DNA of 64,000 bases from Lama guanicoe (Eukaryota), in NCBI GenBank assembly GCA_013239625.1, contig MU053934.1, positions 899,285 through 963,284 on the forward strand, given 5' to 3'. Shown here piece after piece: positions 38,911 through 52,059 of this stretch; position 1 is the stretch's first letter, and each line of letters starts with the position of its first letter. A model generated the notes under the pieces. That model worked only from the letters and a program-made list of their open reading frames with translations. It ran no database searches and was not told where the DNA came from. A program made the translations under genes and the position numbers.

Positions 38911-39051
38911 AGTTTAAGGGTTTTCAAACCTTAAAAACTTGGAGTCAATATGGGGCCACTCTGGACATTGTGGTGTGAGTGGTCCCAGACTATCTGTTTG
39001 GTTTCTTTATAACCTCTTCAAAAGGAGAACTGTAGTGACTCAAGAAACACA

Positions 39052-39808
39052 TTTTTAAAAAGATTTTTTAGAGCAAATTTAGGTTCTCAGCAAATTGAAA
39101 GGAAAGCAGACAGGTTTCTCATATTGTCTCTGCTCCCACACACAGCTTCCCCCAATATCAACCCCCCTCCAGAGCGGTGTGTTTGTTACAGCTGGTGAGC
39201 CCACCTTGACACAGCATAATTAACCCGAGTCCATAGTCTACCTTGGGGTTCACTCCTGTTGTGCCTTCTGTGGACTTGGACAAATTCGTAGCGACCCAGA
39301 TCCATCATTATAGTTTCGTACAGAGTGTTTTCACTGCCCTAAAAATCCTCTGTGCCTCACCTGTTCATTCCTCCACCATCCTAGCCAGCCAGATCTTTTG
39401 ACTGTCTTCATAGATTTGCCTTTTCCAGAATGTCATATAACTGGAATCATACAATATGTAGCCTTTTCATATTGGCTTATTTTACTTAGTAATATGCACT
39501 TAAGTTTCCTCTATGTCTTTTCATATCTTTATAGTTTATTTTTTAGCACTAAGTAATATTCCATTGCCTGAGCGTATCACAGTTTATCCATTCACCTACT
39601 GAAGGACATAGTGATTGCTTCTAAACTTTGGAAATTACTAATAAAACTGCTATAAACATTCCTGTACAGGTTTTTTTGTATGCACACAACTTTTGTACTC
39701 CTTTGGGTCAATACTAAGGCATGCAATTGATAGACTGTATGTTACGAGTACATTTAGTTTCATAGGAAGCTGTCAAACTGTCTCTCAAAGTGGCTGTACC
39801 ATTTTGCA
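39052..39808 (-). mobile_element. L1MC1/2-like 3' end
   Basis: tttttagagcaaatttaggttctcagcaaattga...ttcactgccctaaaaatcctctgtgc...ttgccttttccagaatgtcatataactggaatcataca...aaagtggctgtaccattttgca. Confidence 0.9.
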
Positions 39809-40669
39809 AAAATAAAACAAAACACAAAAACAAACAAATCAAAGAAACCCCACACAATTTGAAAAATGGATCTTAATTATTCTTACAACAGCTCTACATG
39901 GTTTTTCTAGTTTGCCCCTATTGTAGAGGTGAGGAAACTGAAACCTTGCTTTCTCTCTAAGAAGAGGAGGTAACAGCAGCCTGTAAGGCGCTTTGGCTTA
40001 TTTTGCCCTCCCTCTGATAAACACTGAAGTTAATTCAAGTCAGTTCACAGAGGGGAAGAAGTGAAACTGTTTGTTTTGGGGTCATGTCAGTGAGCTACCG
40101 TTTTGTTCAGTACTTTTTTCTGTCCATTTTTTTTTTTAGTTTGCAGTTGTGACACTGAGTAAGTTCCATTTTGACATACTTAGAGCAAGTAATTCGATGG
40201 TCTCAAGGAAGCAGACACCCCTGAGGTTAAATAATGCCAGTAGAACTTTCTTTCCTTGATTGAGCTCATATTTGGGGATCTTCTTTCTCTGGGTCACTGG
40301 GATGTTCTCACTGTGAATTCCTGTGAATAACCTTGATGTCTTTAGAAGCATCCAGCTTATCCATTAGGGAATTTTAAAAATTAGAAGTGACTTTTAAAGA
40401 ATCTTAATGTCTTCGAGCTTAAACAATATTTAATCCAACTTCCTATCTCATCATCTTTTAAAATGACCATAAAAGCAGATTATTGTGACTATGTCTGACT
40501 ATTTCCAGCAATTGCAGGAGACAACAGGAGTTGGGGGGTCTCAGAATCCTCTGAAGCTGCCTATTCCATTACTGGGAAACCTCCAATATTAGAAATTTCT
40601 TCCTAACACTGTGAAAATGTGGATGCCTGTGACCACTACTCATTGAATCATAGATTCAGGTTGTTAGAG

Positions 40670-40880
40670 AAAAAGCATCTAACATTTTTGAGCACTTAAC
40701 TATGATTTTACATTTGATCTCTCCCTTACTCTTCTGAGAGGTAGTTATCATCATCCCCGTTTTACAGATGGAGACATCAAGGCTAAGCCTGGAACAACCT
40801 TTTATTCTCACTAACAAAAGATATAATTGGGGTTTGTTATCACCTCTCCAGCATCTAAACTTGTGCTCTTCCAACTGCCT
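40670..40880 (-). mobile_element. MIR SINE
   Basis: gaggtagttatcatcatccccgttttacagatggagacatcaaggct. Confidence 0.7.
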
Positions 40881-41419
40881 CAGTTCCAAGGGTTTACCAA
40901 AGTGCTCAGAAATGCTGTAAGCCAATAGTTCTTAGCATTTCCTCTTCCCCCATCCTCTTTATCCTCCTCCACGAATAGCCTTCACTGCACGTTTCTGGGC
41001 TTTTCAGTAATGGGAGCAGGGGAGGGAGAGTTACTGCATTTTCCTCTTCTTTCCCTTTTCCGGGAAAGCAACTCTCAGAATCTCCAGGAGGCTTGCACTG
41101 TTTGAAGAAAGCATACCCACCCTGAAAATACTGATAAACTCCCAAATCGTCTTTCCATTTCATGTATATATTTTTTCATTAAGAACCTCTGATAATCCAA
41201 ACTCCACATTTTACCAGTGAGAAACTGGCTGCCCAGATGGGTAAATTTCAAACGGAATGTTTGTAAATGGACGTTCGCTTAGGTAAGGCTGTAGCAGGTG
41301 TTCGTTGTGAGTGTCTCTGAAGGGCAGCTAGATTAATTCAAAGTTATCTTCAAACTGGCACTTCTTCAGGTCAGGTGGATGCACACTTTAGGACTTCAAA
41401 AGCAGCTTGTATAGGTATT

Positions 41420-41740
41420 CAAAGGCTATAAACAAGGTGAGTTACCGCAGTTCGTACAATTTCAGCACCATTTACATACATGAAAAGGACCTGGGATGGA
41501 TGTGCCAAAGACTGGAGTTTAGGGTCAATGAGAAAGAAGACATTTTTCACAATTTTCAAGTCGGCTTAGGCAAATTAGTGTCTGGATTAATCATGACTAA
41601 TCTATTCACTGAGCTTAAAGACAAATTCAAAGTCAGTTTTTACTCACTTTTTCATCTCTGAAACCTATTTGACAGAAATTCCCTATGTGTTCTTTCTCAT
41701 TTGGGTTTATTTTCTTATTTGGGTCACAGGGAAGAATCCT
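41420..41740 (+). mobile_element. Putative ancient LINE reverse-transcriptase fossil (L4/RTE-X or CR1-like)
   Basis: Translation across one frameshift gives YKQGE.....NFSTI...RLEFRVNEKEDIFHNFQVGLGK...FHL*NLFDR, which parallels YKKGD...NYRPI...RL...E..IL...Q.GFRK...F.DL.KAFD. Confidence 0.5.
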
Positions 41741-41789
41741 GTTAGCCGATTCCTAATGGAACGGAAGAGGAAATTATCTCTTCCCTGTG

Positions 41790-41985
41790 AGATGAACATT
41801 TATAGACGTTATTGAGTTAAACGCTCACAATAATCCTTTTAGGTGCATATTATTGCATTTATATTATAAATGAGGAAATTGAGGCCAGCAGAGTTTTGTA
41901 ACTTGCCAAAGATTATGTGAACACTGAGGGCCACAGCTGGGACTTGAACCTGCGCAGTTTGAATCTACTTAATTAACGCTAGACA
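41790..41985 (-). mobile_element. MIR SINE
   Basis: ttataaatgaggaaattgaggccagcagagttttgtaacttgccaaagat...gggacttgaacctg. Confidence 0.75.
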
Positions 41986-42020
41986 AAGTCCCCCAGAGTC
42001 TAGGGAAATCCCGTGGGTCT

Positions 42021-42404
42021 TGTTGAAAGATAAACTGAGGCATGTTGCGAATTGTTAAGAGTTTGAGCACAGATCAGTTTGAATCAGATAGCATCCAATC
42101 TAGCAGATAGGAAGGAGCTCTGAGATACTGAACAAAATGAAAGACTTTAAAGGCAAAAGAGAGCAGGAATGAGGAAGTTATACCAGGAAAAAAAAGGGGG
42201 GGTTCTTATTGCAAGGTTACTTTCCTTTAGGGAATGGCAGGGGTCCATCAGGCAGATTACCTAAGTAGATCACCAAGCAACTCTTTATTGACTGTTTTAA
42301 GGTGCCCTTTCTGGGAGAGCTGAGACTGTAATTAAGTCTCAGTTTGGTGACCTGGGACTTAACATAAGCGGCTCTGCTTTGGGCCTGCTGTCTTGTCTTT
42401 AACA
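42021..42404 (-). mobile_element. ERV1-type solo LTR (384 bp)
   Basis: TGTTGAAAGA...TCTTTAACA termini; flanks GTCT/GCCT (4-bp TSD with one mismatch). Confidence 0.75.
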
Positions 42405-42449
42405 GCCTAGAACAGAACTTTTAAATATAAGGTCTAATTGCTAAGATAC

Positions 42450-42605
42450 TACAGCAACAACTAACATTATATGACTTCCCACGAGCGCGGCTCTGTTCTA
42501 AGCCCTTTATGTAGAGAGCGTGTATCGACTTCTTTAATCCCACGTCCCTTTAAGGTAGGTAGTCACATTAGCTCTCATTTTACAGATGAGGAAACTGAGG
42601 TATGA
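42450..42605 (-). mobile_element. MIR SINE
   Basis: ctcattttacagatgaggaaactgagg, near-perfect core. Confidence 0.8.
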
Positions 42606-43199
42606 AAGTCTTGAACCCACATTTTAGGTTCAGCAACTAGTCCGTGGAGAAGCCAGGAGTCACACGTAAGCACTCTGGCTGCGTGTTCTTGACTGCTGAA
42701 CGATACTGTAACAAGTTAGAAAGACGATTTTGTTCATGGAAACAGGTTATCCACGTGGGACATAGAATATTCCCCTCATTCGTGGAAGAGGAGGGCAGGT
42801 GCTTTGCCAAATGATGACGGCAAGCCAACTGAGAAATGCGCTAATGGGGTTAGCTGTATAATCTTAATGCTGAATGTCATCGGTGTATGCGTGTTCCGAC
42901 ATCAGGGTCAGCAAGTGACTTCCCAGGAGGCTGATTTCACATGTGGCAGAGACTGAAGGCAGAGACTGGCTCATCCCAGCCCCTCCCCATCACTACCTGT
43001 GCCCGCAGGCTGAGTCCAAGCTCCTCATTTCCATGGTCTTCCCTGATGTGGCGTCTACCTTTCCTCTTTCCACTACAGCTTCCATCACTTGGATCCACCC
43101 CTCCATTCCCACTAAACTTGTTTCTGGAATGAACAGTTCCAAGGATGAGCAGACTGCTTCACGTCTCCAGAGCCTAGTTTCCTCTGACTGGAGTGCTCT

Positions 43200-43500
43200 T
43201 TCCCACCATCCCCATCTGACAAACTCCTACCAACCCTCCAAGACTCAGCACAAGCAGCTGCTACCCCCAAATCTCTCCTGATTTCCTCCAAGCAGGGTTA
43301 TCCTCTTTGTCAGTGGCCCCGAGGTCCCTGGACTTGGAATTTTGCCCTCGTCTCTTGCTTTGCATGCATCTATTTGCATGCCTGTGTCTGCTAACAGACT
43401 GTTAGCTCCTAAGGGGAAGAGATCATTATTGTTCATCTTTGTAATCAAAATATCTAGCCCAGAATGAAACTAAACATTGAGTGAATGATCAAGTAAATGT
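43200..43500 (+). mobile_element. L2 3' end
   Basis: aactcctaccaaccctccaagactcagc...agactgttagctcctaaggggaagagatc...ttcatctttgta...gagtgaatga. Confidence 0.7.
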
Positions 43501-43879
43501 AACATATTGAATATTATCACCAATGATCAGGAGAGTTGTTAAAAAATACACTGGCTCCTGTATTACATACCAGGTCTCTTGTAAATTTGGGCAGTGTTAA
43601 TCTAGCCCTTTGAGTTACATTACCTCTAGGCACTGAGACAGAACTGTTGATCCAAATTGGCAAAGCTGGTGACTAAACTCTAGGAAAGAGTGATTCTGAC
43701 AAGACACTGCTGTGCTCTGCGCAATCAGCCAGACTCCTAGATTGGTATTTCTTCTACGTAAACAAAAAGGAAATCTTCCCGGGGGGCCAGAATATGCTAA
43801 CTGTTAACGTATGATAGTCTTGAGTCGTAGTTCGTAGATGCTTTTATAGAATAGCATTGCTGCTGGTAAATAGACTTAG

Positions 43880-44155
43880 GATCAATAAGCATTTATTGAG
43901 CACCTGGGCAACGTTCTGAGGCCTTCTCACGTGTATTCTCCTGCTGATCTTAATCTAATCTGATTTGACTCCATTTGAGTCAATTTTAACAACAACCCTA
44001 TGAGATTTTTTTTTAATGGCCAGTTGTTTCAGAGATGAGAAATGTGAGGATCAGAATGGTAAAAGGTTTACTCCAGGTGACATGAGAAGTAAGTAAAAGG
44101 GCTGGCATCGGAGTCCAGATGCTCTGACTCCAAGCCGAGTGCTCTTTCTACCATT
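43880..44155 (-). mobile_element. MIR SINE
   Basis: agcatttattgagcacct...acaacaaccctatgag...gatgagaaatgtgagg...ctgactccaagcc. Confidence 0.75.
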
Positions 44156-44899
44156 GAAGAACAAACTGTTTGAGGGAAAGGACCAGCTCTGCTAATTCAG
44201 CTTGGTCAGGGTGAGGAGGCCTCCCTCTTGCCTCAGGGGGTAATGCCAATTGAAGTCAAGGAGTCATGGCCTCGGGGCAGGTAAGGCAAGATCTCAGCGG
44301 CTGGTGTGGAGGACACCCACATGCTCTGACCCGGTCACTCAAATCTCGGTCCAGTCTCTCTCTGCTGTCCTTCCCGGCTGGTCCCCAGAATGAGTCATCC
44401 ACATTAAACTCACATTCACTCCTCAGTGGCTTGAAATTTGGATTTCATCCCCACCAGTGTTAGAGGAGAACATTATTTTCCCGTCTCATATTTGTTTCAA
44501 AGAAGGAAGGCAACTTTTCCTTCCCTCCTAGAATGAAGCTTTACCAAAAAGGCAGCTTCACTGTTCCTTCCACTTTTCTGTGGAGGGATAGACTCGTCTG
44601 ATTGATGATACTGGAAAAAAAGCTGAAACCTGCTGGCTCAACCCTTTCCTCCCCTTCTTTGAGGTTTATCTGTTCATCCACACGGTAAACTCACTCAGAC
44701 ATATTCTGCTCTGCAAGCAAGAGAACTAAACCGAGGAGGGAGGAGGTTAGCTCAGGGGAGAGCAGAAGTAGCAAGCCTATCGGACTACACTTCTTCTAAG
44801 CCTTCCTGTGCTTCCCATCTGATTTTTCTGTCTCAATTTCTCAGTTGGTTCTGCCCACAGACTGGGAAGGTAGGGACGCTGTTAATTGGCTCCCCTAAA

Positions 44900-46050
44900 T
44901 GGATCACGCTCAATTGCAAGCACCCTTCTCATCTGTGATTTCCTAATTGCCACGTCCAAAGGATGCTTCCTAGTCTGAACCTCCTCATGTCTCAGCAGCA
45001 TTTGGTAAAAATGATGACCACTTCCATTCCATCCTGAAACTTCTCTCTTCTTTGCCTTTCCTTTTCTGGCCATTCTTTTCTTGGCATCCTTTATCTGCTC
45101 TACGTCCTCCTTTCTTTCCTTACATCTTGGATTCCTGGCATACCCAGCTAGCTCTTCATCAGTCTTTAAGTTATCCTTGAGCAATAGCACACGATTCTGT
45201 GGTTTTAACTACCACCTCTAGTCTGGTGACATTCATCTTTCTATCTTTCCCCAGACTGCTCCCCACTAAGCCTGCCCTTCCTATTTCGACGGACTCATTT
45301 AATGTACCACCAATGCCCACAGTCTGAAGCCCGGGGCTTAATACTTGATTCTGTCATCTCCCTCCGCCCTGCATTCAATCCTTTAGTTGCCTGGTCTGGC
45401 CAATTTTCCCTTACGTATATATTTTTAAATTAATTCTCTTCTCTCATCCCTACGAGAGCTCTGTCTTCATTCAAAACCTCATTATCTTCCACCTGAGTTA
45501 TTGCTCTCGCTCTCTGTTTCCTATACCCGGCTCCACCTCTAATGCATCATCCATGCAGACACCATAAAGATATTCTGAGATGAAAATAAGACCATGCACT
45601 CCACGTAAGGCCCCTCAGTGGCTCCCTGACAAGTACAGGACAAGATCTGTGTTCCTTACACACACCACACACCCTTAAGCTGTTACCCCTCAAACAAACT
45701 CATTCCCACTTCACTTTGCCCTTTAGTAAAACACAGATTTTTGTAATCTCTGTATATACTATGCTGCTTCTTATATTTCTTTACTTTGATATGTCCTTCC
45801 GACATTCCTTTGTCTGTATAAGTCAGCTCTGCTTGGTGGTCACTTCCTTCGGGAAGCTTTCTTGGATTGCCTCCTTGGACTGTGTTTGATACCACTCTTG
45901 TGGTTCCCCCTGTTAGAGCATCCATCGTGCTGCAGTGTTCTTACCTCCTTGGCCCCTTGGGATGACAGGGAACATGGGTTACTTTCCCATTCTCACACCT
46001 CAGATCCTAGCATAGGACCTGGCACAGAGTGGGGACTTGGTGAATTTTAA
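44900..46050 (+). mobile_element. L2 ORF2 3' part and tail (~1.1 kb)
   Basis: tctcagcagcatttg...gaccacttc...cctgaaacttctctcttc, ggttttaactaccacctcta, cctcagtggctcccc...acaggacaa, cctagcataggacctggcacagagt. Confidence 0.8.
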
Positions 46051-47189
46051 AAGAACAGCATTGAGCAATACTATGGGATGTTTAGAGAATAAGAATAAAG
46101 TACTTCAGTTGCATCAATGAATTATAAGTGGGGCATGGCCAAAAACAGAGCTGCTCTTTTTCTCTGTCTGGCAGGGATCACCAGGTCAGATTAAATCCAA
46201 GAGTCTGGTGTAGGAGACATCCGTGTAGTCTAGCCAAATCTTTCAAACCCTCATCTCCAATCTCTCTCTCCCTGCCCTTCCCGGCTCCTCTAAAGACAGG
46301 TCTGGGTAGACCAGGACTATCCAGGGTTCCTTGACCATTGGATAATGAGATAGTAACAATAAACTCTGCTTTCGGCATAGCCTTTATTTTGTTGAAGTCC
46401 TTTAATTCTTCCGAAGGAGAGTGTGGGCTGCAGGACCAGAGTGATGTAGGATGATGGAGAGAAGCTGGCCCAGCTGAGAAGTCTTGAACCTGGTCTTCTC
46501 TCCACTTAAAGCATCTACCAAAAGACGCTGGCATCCCTGACTGCCTCCGGCTGCCTCTGCTTTTATAACTGACCACTCCAGAGAGTTGTGTCTCACTGAC
46601 CTTTCCGAACCTCAAGCCATGCAGCCTCCCTGCAGGGCTTTGGGGAACATTTCAGCTCCTGGCCATCTGCACTCTCCCCATCTCTCTCTGTACTGTAACA
46701 TGGCTTCATAACTCTATTTCCTGTAACGTTTGCACACAGCTCTCTGGGTTACAAAGTGCTTCCACATAGTGTGTTTCTTTGAATCCGCCTCGCAGTCCTA
46801 TAAGCTAGTAAGTCATGCCCTAGGTCACGCATCTGGTAACAGAGGGGAGTTCAGATTTGAACTCACGTCTCATTATTTCAGAAACTGCATCTTTCTGTTA
46901 CTCAATGTGGGAAGAAAATTCAAGAAAAGATCCCAGATTTATTTCTCAGCTATTTGTGGAAACTGGTAAATAAAACATTAACATTGACTCTCCCTATGTT
47001 AAGTGCTAGACAGCTCGGAATTTTCATGTGAATTTTCACTTTGCAAGCCGATTTTTAAGTCGTTATCTCATCTGGTCTTAAAAACGTAGGAAAGGAAACA
47101 AGTACAGGCATCTGCTCCTTTTATCTGTGTACCGCCCATTTCACCACTTCACTACCCTTTCTTACGTCTCTCCTTTAATAAGAATATCC

Positions 47190-47540
47190 TGTTCTCCTTG
47201 CCAAAGGGATTTGCTTAGGGATATAGAAATATGGTCCAATCTGGACCAATTAGAATCTTCCACGGTACCTTCTGCTGGAGTTTTTGGAAGGACTTACTTC
47301 CATGGGAAATAAACTATGGATCTGGGGTTGCCTGCTGTCATATTTTCCTTCATATGGAAAGACTCTTGTGAGAACTGGAGAGAATAACAGAATTCTTGAC
47401 TGTTTCGACTGTACTGCAGGATCTGGCCTTGCCTAACTCTTGTATTTTTCTAGACTTTTAATAAGTCAGTGAATCAACAAATTCCCTTTTCCTTAAGCTT
47501 GGTTAAGTTGGTTTTCTCTCGTTTGTACCCAAAGCATTTT
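47190..47540 (+). mobile_element. LTR16-like (ERVL) LTR
   Basis: ggtccaatctggaccaattagaatc...aacaaattcccttttccttaagcttggttaagttggttttctctcgtttgtacccaaa. Confidence 0.6.
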
Positions 47541-48388
47541 AATTTCTATTAAACAGATAAATCGGAGAGGCTATGTAAATCATAAAGTTCTCATAGCTTA
47601 GAGTGGTGTAAACGGTGTTGAAAAATAATTCTTTCAGAAAATAATATCTTTTTTCTACTGAAGCCCAGGTGCCTCTGTAAGAATAAACGCATTCTTGGAG
47701 ATCAGCCCAGGCCACTGAGCCACACCCTTTGCCTACCGTGTTATTTGTAACCATTCTTGATTCAGGAAGGTGACCTTGAAATTGAGTAACCCTCATCTGG
47801 CTCCACCAGCCGACTTGGCCCAGACCCAGCATTGATCCACCAGTCTGTCCTTTATCACGTCTGTGCCTTTTGTGATTGGTTCAAAGTCGGGCAGCTCCTC
47901 CATCAACAGCCCTGCACGCTCTTTTACAGCAAGGCCGATGTGGTTTATATCCAGTCCTTCCTGGACATTCAAGACCCCATTGATCAGCGTCTCCTTTCAG
48001 GTAGGGCACTCCACTCATATTTCCTCTGCATCTCTGCTGTCCGAGGACACGTCTCTCAGGGACCTTGTGGATCCAGGGGATGGTGTTTCCAGGGGTTTAG
48101 AGCCCATTTGTCTCTGGGCAGACTATGACTGACAAACGAGTTTAAAGCTGCATTGGAGGCACTCATTCCCTACTGAAGTCCAGGGTTATTCAGGCTGCAC
48201 AAGTTTCTGGACAGAAATTATTTTGGAAAGTAAATGCTTAGGCTCAAATATTTTAAAAATGAAGAAAGCAAGGACAAGTCTTTCCTTCGGAGTCTTTAAT
48301 TTACCTGACCTGTTCAAGACATCACGTCTCTCCTGCTCTCACACCAAATCGTAGCTACCACTTAAAAACTGGCCCCTGGCCACCCTGA

Positions 48389-48724
<336 letters not shown>

Positions 48725-49196
48725 ATTTTGAACCACTTGCTAAAACTCACTCTGCATCACTGGATCTTTTAAAGACTTTTCTGTTGTATTAGAGATGCCC
48801 ATTGCTGTGCTACCCGCCAGCCATTTTGTCTGGTCCCTTCTCATTCTGTGCTGTTTCCTGAGATAGTCTGAGTGTGTCCTGATCCATTGCGACAGACATT
48901 AACAAACTGGAACCCTCAGACTGCAACCCTGTGGCTTATCTTCTGTTGCTCCTGCTCTGGTTTTGAGGACCATTCTGAGGTTTCTTACTTAGTCGAAATT
49001 TGGATTGTGCCTCTGGCCTTGCTGTTTTCTCCTGCCCGACCCCCGCATGCTCGGTCCATTCCAGTCCCCGTACCTTGTGTTTGCCCAAGTTCCCCAGAGT
49101 ACCATTTCTTACTCTGTTTATCATGGGTTGGATCTCAGTGTGAGCTTCCTAGAAGAGAAGAATTCTCAAATGTTGACCTTAGGAATAACCAGGTCA

Positions 49197-49770
49197 TGTA
49201 GGTCAGGGTTTTGCAGAGAAAAAAAAATCAGTATGATCTCTCTCTCCTCTCTCTATCTATCTACAGAGAGGGATGTGTGTGTGTGTGTGTGTGTGTGTGA
49301 AGAGAGATAGAAGAAAGGAATTTATTACAAGGATCTGGCACGTGGTACATGTGATTATGGAGGCCGAGAAGTCCCAAGAGCTGCAGTTGGCCAGCTGGAG
49401 ACCTTGGGGAGCTGATGGTGTAGTTCCAGTCTGAGGCTGAAGTTCCAGTCTGAAAGCTGCAGACTCAAGACCCAAGAAGAGTTGATTTTTCATTTCAAGT
49501 CTGAATACAAGAAAAGAACCCACGTCCCAGCTCACAGGCAGCCAAGCAGAAGTCTCCTCTTATTCCGGGGAGGGTCAGCCTTTTTGTTTTATTCGGGCCT
49601 TCAGTTGACTTTATGAGATCCACCTACACTGGGGGAGGGCACTCTGCTTTACTCGGTCTACCAATTTAAGTGTTAATCTCATCCCCAAACACCCTCACAG
49701 ACACACTCAGAATACTTTTGGACCACAAGTATGGATGCTCCTTAACCCACACATAAAATTAACCATTGTT
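49197..49770 (-). mobile_element. MLT2B-like (ERVL) solo LTR with internal CT/GT microsatellite
   Basis: gtcagggttttgcagagaaa...tgtgattatggaggccgagaagtcccaa...ggggagggcactctgctttactcggtctacc...acataaaattaaccat. Confidence 0.85.
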
Positions 49771-49899
49771 CATGGTGATGAAAAACGTACTATTTCCTTC
49801 CAGGTACATTGCACAATGCAACCTGCAAGACACGTTTATCCCCTTTAAAAAAGAAATCACATTTATCCTCAAAATTATACGCTGAGATAGGACTTCTCA

Positions 49900-50190
49900 T
49901 CCCCTTTTCATTCATTCAAGGAAACTTGAACTCAGAAAACTCAAGTACAAAGTTTATTTATTCATTTACCTTTTTTGTGTCAGACACAGTGCTAGGCATT
50001 GGAGATTCAAAGATAAAGTAAAACTAAGTTCACCATCACTCCACAAACAGTGCCACAGGAGCTCAGGAGAAACTGGCTGTGTTGGGCTGGAGCTGGCCAG
50101 GCTAGAAAAGGCAGAGCATGAGCCGTGTCTAGAAGAATGATTCGTGAAGAACAAGGAAGAGTCAGTTGCAAATCGAAGATACAAGAAGCT
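49900..50190 (-). mobile_element. L2 tail fragment
   Basis: tgtgtcagacacagtgctaggcattggagattcaaagataa. Confidence 0.65.
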
Positions 50191-50279
50191 TGAGGTGGGC
50201 TGTTATGTCATCTCTGGGTTTGCGGTAGGTACAGAGGAAGGCTGAGCAGGCAGTGGGTACCCTGGCATTTGGGGGTCTC

Positions 50280-51150
50280 TCCATTCCTTTTCCTTCTCTC
50301 CTCCCCATGGTGACTTCTTCAATTCAGGTTCTTCTTGCCTTGAGTAACGCAGTAATATTCTGCTCCCCTTTCGACCTCCTCCAAGCTTTCCCCCACCCAA
50401 TCACCAGCAATCCTTCTCAAACGTGATTAAAAGTGCAGACTTAGTGGGACAGACCCGGATTTAAGTTTTGCCTCTTTTACTATCTGGGTTAGAACTTCTT
50501 GGTAGAATTGGGATGGTTTCCTATGCAGGGTCGAGGCATTCCTGGGTCACTGACTGTAATACCATATAGCATCGTCATTTAGTCTCATTTAATTTCCTTT
50601 AACTGCTAACTGTGAAATTCATGAAATGTGTGTAGAGGGCTTGGCCACATTATTTCAGGCTCACTGAAAGATCGGTATTTTAATTACAGATTTTTGTTTT
50701 GCTTGCTTATTAGTTAATGGCTTCCAATCACCTACAGTTTGAAGCCCTGTGGAGTCCTACAGCCTTGTGATCTGGCTTCAAACCCATTTTCCATTTTCAT
50801 CTTCCGTCTCCCACCCCACACGCCCTGTGCTCCAGCCATATTAGAGAACCCAGTAGTTATGCGGTCCATCATGGTGCAGGTCTCCGTATCTTTACACTAA
50901 CCTCTCAGGTGTTTGTTTGTTTGTTTGTTTTGTGATTGGGAGGGTGTCTAGAAGTCTCGTACCGAATCTTAAAGACACAATTCAGATTTTACCTCCCTGA
51001 GAAGCCTTTCCTGATCACTCTAAGCAGAATTAACTACTCTCCTCTGTCTCCATTCTACCGTGTGCATACTGCTCAGATGTAAGATTGTTTTTGCTAATGA
51101 AGTTTTATGTATTTGATTTTATTCAATCTACCCGATTACATGGTGAACTC
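50280..51150 (+). mobile_element. L2 fragments (interrupted by MIR-like sequence at ~50430-50690)
   Basis: aatggcttccaatcacctacag...tgtgatctggc...ccctgtgctccagccata...acctccctgagaagcctttcctgatc. Confidence 0.65.
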
Positions 51151-52059
51151 TGCTAAATAAGCCGCATTGATCACAAGGGAAATGTTTTATATCAGATGAG
51201 GAAAGATTATCAATATCAGTTAACGGAAGGAGAATAAGATACAGGAATGAAATGTAGAAAAAAAGTATATAGGCAGATGGAGTATCCGAAAATAAGAAAG
51301 AGAAACTGCTGTATGTTTATATCCTTGGAATCACAAAAATGAGATCAGCTGTGTGTGTACACAGAATTTGTCTGAATGGAGCAGAAGGCACAGATATAAT
51401 AAAGTTGTGTCCTGGTGATAGAGCCACCCCATGATAATGATATTGAAATAAGGATCCAATCCATATGTTAATGAAATAAATCATGACAAAATAAACCATG
51501 ATAAAGTAACCAACGTTCCACCCAGCTCCACTTTAGAAGCAGGTCCAGGGAGGTATGGCAAACACTGGGGCAACAAAGGAGCTGAGGAGGAGGAGAATTT
51601 GAGCCATGTATAAAGGGAGTTACAAAGGGCCAACATTTTCACTCTCTTTGGCTAAACCACTGACTAGGTTTGTGATTAGTACAAACAATTGAACAGGTGT
51701 TTGGGGAATCCTCATGCCACAAGTGCCTCACCCAGAACCACCGCTGTGTGGAGGGACACTGCGCTGGCAGAGCTCTTGCTTCTCCTGGACCATTACGCTG
51801 CTTGGAGCTGGAGCCACTGCGGGGATCTGGAGTTTGCTTTCTCTCCCCGTCTCTGCTTTCAGGCAGGAGTGCCTGGACTTCTCAGAAGAGAGAGAGAAAA
51901 CTTCAGAGGGGAGTCAAAAATTTTGGTCTTCATGTGTCTCTAATTTAGCTCAAAGGCTGGCTCAGAACTGGTACTTAGTAAAAACAAAAACTTATGACTG
52001 AATGAATGGTAATATGTATTATCAGGAAAGCAAAAACCTTAAATGTGTTAAGTCATACA

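Noticed and set aside
43640..43745. Possible CR1/L3 fragment (LGKSDSDKTL resembling LG.S..EKDLG)
   Set aside because: Similarity is too short and weak to support without a profile search.
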